64,000 nt of DNA from Octopus sinensis (Eukaryota), in the NCBI RefSeq assembly GCF_006345805.1, contig NC_043004.1:5890001-5954000 (forward strand). Direction: 5' to 3'. The position numbers and the translations under genes are program-made. The notes below the pieces were generated by a model. The model worked only from the letters and a program-made list of their open reading frames with translations. It was not told the origin of the DNA and ran no database searches. Shown piece by piece: positions 1 through 10,035 of this stretch (the stretch's first letter is position 1; each line of letters starts with the position of its first letter).

Positions 1-190
1 AAGCTTCAAACGTGTATACAGTTAGCATAGATGACGGAAGGTGGCCAACAGATGATGAAAAGTGTTTATTTACCCTCGTTCGTTTCATACTTCGTCCTGT
101 ATTGAAATCAAAGGAAAATTCGATAAGCTGACAATCACCATACAACTAACAGTTTAGCAACTGAAGTTGCTAGAAATGCGAATAAAAATT

Positions 191-424
191 CGAGAATGCA
201 AAGAGTGAAAAAGGTAAATAAAGACTACAAATGTTTCGTAGCTAAAACAACGTTTGTTACGTAATTTGTAACACGCACAGAAGCTGCCTAGTTAACTTTG
301 AAGCTTATAAGATCTGAAGATTAGCTAAGCAGGTTTTATGCGTGTTAAAGTTTTGTAACAAACATTCTTTTAGCTATGAAACGTGTGTAGTCTTTATTTG
401 CCTTTTCTATTCCGTACATTCTTG
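191..424. mobile_element. Foldback / MITE-like inverted-repeat element
   Basis: Left arm AAAAGGTAAATAAAGACTACAAATGTTTCGTAGCTAAAACAACGTTTGTTAC matches the reverse complement of the right arm (AAAAGGCAAATAAAGACTACACACGTTTCATAGCTAAAAGAATGTTTGTTAC). Similarity extends to about 90 bp per arm. No clear TSD. Confidence 0.7.
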
Positions 425-438
425 CATATGTGTGTGTA

Positions 439-475
<37 letters not shown>

Positions 476-789
476 AATTATAACTTAGGGTCTCTACGAG
501 ATACCGCCATGCTGAAGATAGCAGCCAGGATCTGACTCTAAAACCACTTTAAGTGTTCATATAGCACAAGGAGAGAAGAAAAAAAGACAAAATAAAACTA
601 GTAAAAAATTACTGGATAATTCCAGATCCCGGATTTTTGACTTTGCATTTAGAAATGCTTTGCCACATCAGTGGAATATACGTAGAGAGAAACATAAATA
701 CATATATATATATAAATACAACATACGAATACTTACATATACGAACGTATACATAGATATATATGCACGTATGCATCATGACCAGTTTA

Positions 790-802
790 AAATGCCCGCT
801 TC

Positions 803-858
<56 letters not shown>

Positions 859-1032
859 CATGTATGTTTGTATGTATATGTGTGTGTGCGCGCGTATATA
901 TATACATATATACATATATATACATATATACATATATACATATATATTTATACACACACACCACACACACACACACACACATACATACATATATATATAT
1001 ATAATATATATATATATATAATATATATATAT

Positions 1033-1095
<63 letters not shown>

Positions 1096-1115
1096 CACAC
1101 ACACACACACATACT
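790..1115. repeat. Compound microsatellite (TA)n/(TG)n/(CA)n/(GATA)n
   Basis: Directly visible; explains the low-complexity ORFs between 609 and 1137. Confidence 0.97.
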
Positions 1116-1409
1116 CTCTCTCCCTCAGTAACTGCATTGATATCGAACAGCTAACAGCCTGAAGATGTCGTTTAGATCAATGATTGGCTCCTTATATTTC
1201 TGTCATGGCCCATCAAATGTTTAGATCGTATGCGGCCCTCCCAGTGTTGACTAAATACAACTAAAAATCAATATTCAAGCACAAATTTAATAATCCAAAT
1301 TATATATATTTAAAAAATAAATTTTCAATGCATTAGCTATATCTGAAAGGTAAATCTATCACATTAAGTGCAAATAGAACAAAAACAAAAACAACAACAA
1401 CTTCTGCTA

Positions 1410-1450
<41 letters not shown>

Positions 1451-1484
1451 ACTACTACTAATAATAATGATAATATTGGGAGAG

Positions 1485-1647
1485 GGGATTAATAGATTAC
1501 ATCGATTCCAGTGTTATTTTATTGACCCTCAAAAGGATGAAAGGCAAAGTGTACCTCGGCGGGATTTGAACTCAGAACGTAAAGACGGGCAAAATACCGC
1601 TAAGCAGTTTCCCGGTGCCTTAACGATTCGGTCAGTTCGTTGCCTTA
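1485..1647 (-). mobile_element. tRNA-headed SINE, family B
   Basis: Reverse complement of the family B head seen at 2628 and 40109 (GGCGGCGAGCTGGCAGAA...GAGTTCAAATTCCGCC...GTCGACTTTGCCTTTCATCC). Confidence 0.85.
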
Positions 1648-1657
1648 GTAGTAGGGC

Positions 1658-1694
<37 letters not shown>

Positions 1695-1921
1695 ATCAAT
1701 CATTATGCTTTCGTTATTAACTTCCATGGATTCGAAAAACGATTGGGGTGGTACTGGACGACACAGCGTGGAGTTACCTAAAAGAGCGTGTAAAAAGGAG
1801 AATAATAGTAACAAACGAATTCGAGCAAAGAATAAATTCTTCAAAAGAAGGAGGCTTGTTCGTGGAAGTCCCACAAAACCATGGTCAACCCGACGTGGTT
1901 TTCTTGGGTCGTATGCATGTG

Positions 1922-1955
<34 letters not shown>

Positions 1956-1968
1956 TACATACATATAT

Positions 1969-2132
1969 ATACGACGGGCTTCTTTCAGTTTCCGTCTACC
2001 AAATCCACTCACAAGGCTTTGATTGGCCAAGGCCATAGTAGAAGACACTTGCCCAAAGTGCCACGCAGTGGGACTGAACCCGGAACCTTGCGGTTTGGAA
2101 GCCAGCTTCTTACCACACAGCCATGCCTACGC

Positions 2133-2133
<1 letters not shown>
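1969..2133 (-). mobile_element. tRNA-headed SINE, family A (CORE-like), 5' half
   Basis: ACGACGGGCTTCTTTCAGTTTCCGTCTACCAAATCC...ACCACACAGCC, the reverse complement of the family A head. Confidence 0.9.
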
Positions 2134-2194
<61 letters not shown>

Positions 2195-2199
2195 TTAAT

Positions 2200-2585
2200 A
2201 TCTTTTATTCTTTACTTGTTTTAGTCACTGGACTGCGGCCATATCGGGGCATCGCCTCGAAGGGTTTTAGTCGAGCAAATCAACCCCAGTACTTATCATC
2301 ATCATCATCATCATCATTATTACTATTTTAAAGTCTGATACTTTTTCTCATCGATATCTAATGTCGAACCGGTTGTTAAGCGGTAGGACAGAGGACAAAA
2401 AACAGACACATCGCGCGCGTCCATGCGTGCGTGCATGCGTATGTGTGTGTGTGTGTGTGTGTGTACGATGGACCGACCACCACACAGTTTGTGTCTACAA
2501 AATTCACTCTCAAGGCATTGGTCCATTCGAGGCGTGGTTAGAAGACTTGCGCAAGGTGCAACGCAGTGGGACTGAACCCGAAAAT
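2200..2585 (-). mobile_element. SINE family A, decayed copy
   Basis: Matches both the 3' segment (GACTGCGGCCAT...AGTCGAGCAAATC) and the head segment (CAAGGTGCAACGCAGTGGGACTGAACCCG). Confidence 0.8.
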
Positions 2586-2627
2586 TAAACACGATCGATT
2601 CAATTTGTCAATTTCTATAAGAAGCGA

Positions 2628-3025
2628 AGGCGGCGAGCTGGCAGAAATGTTAGCACGCCGGGCGAAATGCTCAGCAGTATTTCGTCTGCCGCTACGTTCT
2701 GAGTTCAAATTCCGCCCAGGTCGACTTTGCCTTTCATCCTTTCGGGGTCGATTAAATAAGTACCAGTTACGCACTGGGGTCGATATAATCGACTAAATCC
2801 GTTTGTCTGTCCTTGTTTGTCCCTTCTGTGTTTAGCCCCTTGAGGGTAGTAAAGAAATAGGTACTTCTTTTGTCTTTATGTCCTGAGTTCAAATTTCACT
2901 GAGGTCAGCTTTGCCTTTCATCCTTTCGGGGTCGATAGATTAAGTACGAGTTGCGTACACGAGTCGATCTAATCGACTGGCCCACCTCCCCCAAAATTTC
3001 GGGCCTTGTTCCTAGAGTAGAAAAA
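2628..3025 (+). mobile_element. SINE family B, two tandem copies
   Basis: A-box-like TGGCAGAAATG and B-box-like GAGTTCAAATTCC, then GTCGACTTTGCCTTTCATCCTTTCGGGGTCGAT. A second body starts near 2875. Confidence 0.9.
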
Positions 3026-3754
3026 AATTTCTGTAAGAAATGGATTTGTATCAAAATTCTGAATTACAAAATAAATAAATAAAAATAAAAAAAGCAAAAA
3101 ATTCCTTTTCTCCTCTCACTACGATAGTTTATTTGAATACAGACGTAACCAAATCCGGTCTTAACACAGACAGAAATATAAAACATGTCAGCGTCGAACA
3201 GACCAGCTGTATGTCTTCACACACCCTTTCTTGCTTGACACACCTACTCTAAGTCGTTTCTTCCCTCAACCCAACTCGGCAAGTAATTAGGCCAAACCCC
3301 TCCAGTTCCCGCCACTCATTCAAGATACAAATAATGCACCCAAATACACACACACACACACACAGATACACGAACAAAGAGACGCAAATACACACACACT
3401 CATTCATTCACGTAGTGATTCTAGCCTCAGTTTGCGAGGCCTGTAATAACCGACCGACTAGCCGGCCGGCCAACCAGTCAGTCTATTGCCAGTTTGTCTG
3501 CCTACCGAGCGTGACGTTCTCGATCTAAAACATTCTCTTTCTTGATTAGCCGAATATTTTATTTTTATTGAATTGTTATCCATATTTATTTATTTATTTA
3601 CGAATATATTTGGCTAATTTAATTAAGTAAACTTTTTTTTTTTTCACCAGAAGTAATTACTATAAAGAACCGAGACATTACAGTTACTGTGTATAAAATC
3701 ATTCGTCTGGTTTGATTTGATTTTAAGCATGTTTTCTTAACAATATAAGCATAG

Positions 3755-3909
3755 AGACAGGTATGAAGTTTGCTTCCCAACCACATTACTCCGAGTTCAA
3801 TCCTACTACGTGACACCTTGAGCAAGTGTCGGGACGATCAAAGCCTTCTGAGTGGATTTGGAAGACGAAAACTGAAAGAAGCCTGTCGCATGTGTGTATG
3901 TGTGTGTGT

Positions 3910-3952
<43 letters not shown>

Positions 3953-4140
3953 GTGTGTGTTGTGTGTGTGTGTGTTTCCCCTCCGCCACCGTTTAACCAC
4001 CGGTGTAGGTGTGTGGCATAGCGGTTCAACCAAACAGACCAACAGAATAAGTACCAGGGTTAAAAAGAAAAAATAATAAAGCACTGGGATCGTTCGCTCG
4101 ACTAAACATTCAAGGCGGTGCCCTAGCATGGTCACAGGAC
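3755..4140 (+). mobile_element. SINE family A, diverged
   Basis: ACCTTGAGCAAGTGTC...GTGGATTTGGAAGACGAAAACTGAAAGAAGCC, an internal (TG)n, then the 3' segment. Confidence 0.85.
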
Positions 4141-4271
4141 TTGTGAATGAATATTTGATGGGGATCAAAGCCGGTCTTCTTCCACCTTGCAAATTTCTCA
4201 AGGAGTCCAGTACATCTCTTTCTCTCTCCCTCCCTTTCTCTCTTTGTAGTATATAAATATATATATATATA

Positions 4272-4380
4272 TTGGCCTGCTCGCTTAGCCAGCGGGGTGG
4301 CGTCATTCGAAGGCTAAAACAATGCGAACGCATTGTGACCAGCGAGTAACAACATCTGATGGTCTGGTCGGCCACGTGAT
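4272..4380 (-). mobile_element. Short retroposon tail embedded in (TA)n
   Basis: About 110 bp of GC-rich sequence (GGCCTGCTCGCTTAGCCAGCGGGGTGGCG...GGTCGGCCACGTG) with (TA)n on both sides. Its GGTC(G/A)..CACGTG end resembles those at 33172 and 37800. Confidence 0.55.
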
Positions 4381-4671
4381 ATATATATATATATATATTA
4401 TTAGTGAATTGAAGAAATGGAGTTGAACGAAGATTGAACAGAATTCCTTTTATTGCATTCTACACATGTTTCAAAAGCCACAATTTTCCAAATTCTGATT
4501 AAATAAGGATACCATATTGTGGCTTTCTCATCAGGAAAAAATAGGAATTCCGTTGGCAGAATAAACAGAACAGAGGCGCAGCAAAGCAATTTGAACGAGG
4601 TGGCTCTTTAAGAGCCCATGGCCGAACTGATTATCAATGTACGTTGAAATCGAGTGGTGGGTGCGTTGAAG

Positions 4672-5440
4672 ATATTGTTAAATAGGGTAGGGTCTATTGA
4701 GGAAAAGAAATTGTGTTGCAGTGTATTTATGTGTTGTGATCTTGAATTGGGCAGGAGACATATGGCCCGTGGTTCGAGCCTTGGATGAATTTTGAAGCTA
4801 ATGTTGAGGTCGTTTGGGCAATGCTGGTGGTATATTATCCACATCGTGCAAATGATGTATCGTTCACTGTGGCGCTAGAGAGAATAGTTTTAATGCTTTA
4901 AGGTGGTCCTAATTATCGAGATCAATCATACCTTTAATTCTTTTAGTGAATGACATCTAAGGTGATTCTCGAAATGTTTTGTTTTGTATGGGGAGACTAC
5001 AGGGGGCAGCAGTATTCGAGGTATAGCCTTACAAAGGAGAAGAGAGAGGAATGATGACTCGTTCTCTGGACTGGAAGGTTCTTAGGATCCAGGAGTTCAT
5101 CCTGCGAGCTATATTGACATTGTTGTTGATGTGGACACTCCAGCTGAGATTGTGGTCAACAATTACTCCTAGGTCTCAGATATTATCAGATGTTGTGAGT
5201 GGTTCCCTTGAAGGAAGGAAGTATGGCTGTTTTAGCATAGACTTTCTTCCAAAATACATCAGCTCAAATTTTCCCTCGTTTAGTTCAACATGTATTCTGT
5301 TCTCCAGGAAATACTCAATCCAGTGTAATAGTTTTCTACGGATTCCAACATTTGACAAAGCTTTAAGGATATCATTGATGTGGTGTAAGATCTGGGTTAG
5401 ACAGTCCCTGCTGCAACGAAAGTCATGTTGGTTTGAATTT
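4672..5440 (-). pseudogene. CR1/L2-like LINE RT fragment with several internal deletions (same family as 10019-12568)
   Basis: Translates to SNVGIRRKLLHWIEYFLENR, LNEGKFELMYFG and HCPNDLNISFKIHPRLEPRAI, colinear with the 806-aa ORF but with large blocks missing. Confidence 0.93.
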
Positions 5441-5509
5441 ATGTATGTATGTATGTATGTATGTATGTATGTATGTATGTATGTATGTATGTATCTATCT
5501 ATCTATCTA

Positions 5510-5540
<31 letters not shown>

Positions 5541-5541
5541 G

Positions 5542-5582
<41 letters not shown>

Positions 5583-5616
5583 ATATATATATATTATATA
5601 TATATTATATATATAT

Positions 5617-5707
<91 letters not shown>

Positions 5708-5740
5708 AAAATACACGCACACACATACACCACATACATT

Positions 5741-6410
5741 ACAAACACGATCTGTAAGTGGAACAGCAAAAATATGCAAGACGATCGTAGACAACGATCT
5801 GCGTTGGACAAACCACATCTCTAAGATTGTCAAGAAGGCTGAGAGGGTGCTAGCATCACTCAGTAAGACCTTTGTCAGTCGCTCTCCAGCTATCTATTTA
5901 AAATTGTATACGACAATGGTACGGCCACACTTGGAATTTGCATCACCAGTCTGGAACCCCTATCTTGCTAAATCTGTTCAAGAACGTACAACAAAACGAA
6001 TACCTGCCGCCAGACATCTACCATACCCTGAACGTCTTATTTCCTTGGGTATGGATACATTGAAGCTTAGACGTCTGGCAACTGATTTGGTAGACACCCA
6101 CAACATTATCCACCATCTTTTCAACAACAACTATAGGTACCTTTTTAAATCCCATATGACAAACACTCGCGGACATGCTTATAAAATCAAAAAAACAACA
6201 CAGCACCCATGACTTTCGGAAACATTTTATTACGCTCAGAATTGCTCAAACGTGGAATATACTACCCGCATCAGTTGTTAGCTGTCGAGACACTACATCC
6301 TTCAAAACTTCCATGCTTCCTGAAATCCGCCAACAGTACACCTGATGGCTTTTTTTTTTAGTTGTAGTGCACCTGAGCACTGTATACAACAATTTCATTT
6401 CCTTTCCTCC
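5741..6410 (+). pseudogene. 5'-truncated CR1-type LINE, RT C-terminus and 3' UTR
   Basis: IVDNDLRWTNHISKIV...VRPHLEFASPVWNPY...LRRLATDL...NTRGH are standard CR1-type C-terminal motifs. A different family from the 10-kb LINE. Confidence 0.9.
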
Positions 6411-6859
6411 TGTGTATTCGAAAATGTAAACATCCTTTTTATTGCAAAAACACTACAATTTTCTCTGGTCGGACATACAAATGATCATCTTTAGAAAATT
6501 TAACTTTAATATCTACAATTTTTTGTGAAAATTTTACCCGTCTTTTCTCCCTGATTACTTGAATATGTAAGCACATCTTTTATTGCAAAAACACAATTAA
6601 ATGCACGAAATAACCAAAAACTCACGATAACTACACAGCACGTCTACAATAAACAAAAGTGGTCAGAGAATTAAATCAGCACTCTCATAAACGCATGGTA
6701 CTTTCTTTCCCAAATTGAGAAGGCAGGTGCTTTACGTCTGAAATATACTGCAAAAAGAACAGTTCAACTGTTCAATCACCGATCGAAGCAGATATAGAAT
6801 AATCTGAAACATACTGAAATTTCTTTTGAATTAATTCACAGACATTTTGGTAATCTTCA

Positions 6860-7999
6860 TCATGTGTTTGCTCCAACTACAGCTGAACAACAACAACACG
6901 ACCAACAGCCACAGCCACTTCTCAATAGTAGCACAATTGGTGATCTACTAAACTATACAATAAGCCGTCCTTCACAGTCCAACTATTCATATTCTTCATT
7001 TACCCACAATACCAAAACTGACCCGTCATCATCATTGTTATCATGTTCTGCTACAACTACCACTACCAAAACTAAACAACAACAAGATCAGCAACCATAG
7101 ACATCCCTCAACACTAGTACAGTTAATGACTCATTAAACTCCATAGTCTCTAGCCCTTCACCACAGGAGTGCTCTTCAAATTCCTTACTTTCTCAGAACA
7201 ACACAAGAGATCCATCATGATCATTGTCATCTTATTCTACTACTACAACCATTGCCATCACTACTACTACTCCAAGTAGTGAAGAATCACACCTTCTTCA
7301 TCTCCACTGTCCACCTCAGTCTGACAATATAACTCACAGCTCCACTACAAATCTGCCAACTATAAATAAAGTAAAATCTATGAACTGTCAACAGCCCCCT
7401 CCAACACGTACACGACAATTTGCCGTTATTCTCTACGCGAGAGTCTATGAATATACAGTGACTGCAATTTCACTCATTTACCAAGCAACACCAGCCAATG
7501 CCAAAACACACTTCTTAAAGCACCACCACTACCAAATAATAAATCAAATTTAAAAGCTTCCCCACATGTAACACGGAACCCTAAAATCTGCCACTATTCC
7601 CAACGTGAGAGATTATGTCTGAAGCGTGATTGCTCCTTTATTCTTCTTCTGGAGACCCGACGTGCTATTAAAACCTGTCTCCTAACAACCACCGAATCCA
7701 CAATAAAAAAAAACATCCCTTACAGTTGTAGTGCCGAGCCAGACTTTTCCCAACACTCAGAAGTCACCCAGTTATGCACTGACTACAAAAATGAAAATAG
7801 CAAACCATATAACGGTAACTATATTCAATAGTGTAGCCATAATAACTCCAGACACCAAGCTCTCCCAAATCAAGAAAATCCATTTCTAGCCATGACGGAT
7901 CTGGCAAAAGAAATCTCCAAAGTTTTTTTTGCTCTCACACAACACCAACCACTGCTATTTCCTCAATGCAAAAATTATTCCCATTGCTATCACATACCC
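6860..7999 (+). other. Putative ORF1/5' region of the LINE at 8000-9190, decayed
   Basis: A/C-rich, coding-like, Ser/Thr/Gln-rich sequence running directly into the APE domain, with an internal diverged repeat. No domain firmly recognised. Confidence 0.4.
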
Positions 8000-9190
8000 A
8001 ACTCAATCATAACGTTGAATATACAAGGTTTCTCACATTTCACACATTGAACAAAAAGTATCATATCTCAGAGACGTTGCAGACAGAGAAAAAACAATAT
8101 GTATAGCACTAAGTGAAATACACCTGATCCCAAACATACTAGATGCAGAAGTGTATATGACAGGCTATGTGCTACACAGAACTGATCGCAGAATACGCAA
8201 ACAAGGATAAACATTCTACATCCAGGATGACCTAGCAACAAATATCCTCCTTTCCCACTCCAACACAGTGTGCAATACATTAATAGTGCATGTGACCGAC
8301 CTCAATGTAATCATAGGCATTACTTAGCATCCTCCTGATGCAGTTAATCACGGAGATCACTTCAGGGGCGCTTTACCATTCATAAGTAAAATCCTAAGTG
8401 CTAGTAGTCCACAGGCCAATGTACTTTTAACAAATGACTTCAAATTTCCTAATTTCAACTGGCCTAGGGCTACATCCAATCTGGAACTACAAAAACAAAC
8501 AGGAAAGATATGAATGCTCTTCTCGAAAGCCTTTCTCGTGCAACAAATCATCACCTATCCAACTAGGGGAAATAACATGGATCTGTTCAATCTGGCTCAC
8601 ATATTTTTTTATATTAATTTTTTAAAACTAAACACTTTGAAACTTCGTATACTAGTGGAATGTTTCACGCAGAACACGGTTTACTTTGAGCATTTTTGAC
8701 AAAATTTGGTATTTTAGAAGTTATTTCGTGTTAAAGTTGTCGTACTTAGGTAATTTTAACCAATCAAGGACTTGTATTCAGTTGACGAAATCTACAAATT
8801 TTGTCAAAAATGTTCAAAGTAAACTGTGTTCTGTGTGAGATATTCCACCAGTATACGAAGTTTCAAACTGTTTAGTTAAAAAAAAAATTAGAAAAAAATT
8901 TGTGCGCCAAACTGAACAGATCTAATAACATACTCGACCTAGTCTTTATTACTAATACAGACTTTATTCGCAACGTTCAGGTCATTCCAATAGTTACTTC
9001 TGACCACAACATAATACAGAGATCCTCAAGTATTCAACTGCTTACCCAAAGAGATTCGAAATATAAAAGGGACCTCTACTGAAACTTTCAAAAAAGCATT
9101 GGATGAACTCCTAACGACGATACCGGACAAACCAAACCATGCAAGGATACACTCAGGGAAGATCAGCAACTACAAACTCGATCATCGGCC
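8000..9190 (+). pseudogene. LINE remnant: APE endonuclease joined directly to the extreme C-terminus (RT deleted)
   Basis: SIITLNIQG, ALSEIHL...GYVLHRTDR, NDFKFPNFNWP, YPTRGNN/ILDLVF...TSDHNII, then near 9018 a jump to PQVFNCLPKEIRNIK...FKKALDELLTTIPDKP. Confidence 0.85.
8579..8923. mobile_element. 345-bp MITE with long TIRs and 8-bp TSD (Merlin-like)
   Basis: Termini GGATCTGTTCAATCTGGCTCACA / TGTGCGCCAAACTGAACAGATCT. Inner arms 8626-8707 and 8796-8877 are near-identical in inverted orientation. AATAACAT is duplicated at 8571-8578 and 8924-8931. Removing the element restores PTRGNNILDL. Confidence 0.92.
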
Positions 9191-9521
9191 AACTTTCAAT
9201 CAAAAAGCGACAGCAAAAATGAAAAAAAAAATTAAGGCGTTGCTCCAGCATGGCCGCAGTCCGACGGTTGGAGCCATTAAATGAATAAAAGTCACCCGTC
9301 AGTAAATCAAAATTCCATAAATACTTAATATTCAATTTTATTTATTCATTCCAAATGTTTACAAGAAGGACTCCAGTTTGAACAATTGTCACGATGTTTC
9401 ATATGTAGATGCTTTTATTAAATTCATTCAGTTGTTGAGCATAGATATATCTTGGAATTAAATGGTTTTGATTTACAGTCAGGTGACTCTTGGCTAACCC
9501 TGTATATATATGCGCGTGTAT

Positions 9522-9626
<105 letters not shown>

Positions 9627-9789
9627 CTTACAATAATTTCTTTGACTTAAAACGAGATAACCTTCAGATTATAGTACAGATGCTTATATGACGAACTTTT
9701 GTAACCTATGCGCAAACAGAATTAGAGTATGCATCGTGGCCTATCAGAAGTATAGTATGAAAACAATAAGACATTTTAAACCCTGGAAG

Positions 9790-9965
9790 CCCGGGATAAG
9801 CAAAATGATATTTAAACTACAATTTTGCCCCTCGTGGGTAATAAAAAATCAGATATTTAAACTACAAAGCTATGTGTGACTTGAGCTCAGAACGTAAAAA
9901 GCCGGAAGAAAACCCAGTAAGTATGTTTGTCTGATACCTAACGATTCTGTCAGCTTGCCGCCTTG
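9790..9965 (-). mobile_element. SINE family B, decayed
   Basis: TTGAGCTCAGAACGTAAAA...AACGATTCTGTCAGCTTGCCGCCTT. Confidence 0.75.
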
Positions 9966-10035
9966 CAGCCTTACACCTTATTATTAAAGTTCCTCATTTA
10001 AAAGTAGAATCTTTAAAAACTTTAACCTCCCTCAT

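Noticed and set aside
609-1137. ORFs rich in YI/HT/CV/LS dipeptides here and throughout the window
   Set aside because: They are translations of (TA)n, (CA)n, (GATA)n and (TC)n microsatellites, not genes.
4596-4635. Resemblance to the 3' UTR of the 10-kb LINE in plus orientation (twin-priming inversion)
   Set aside because: The match is too short and gapped to support by eye.
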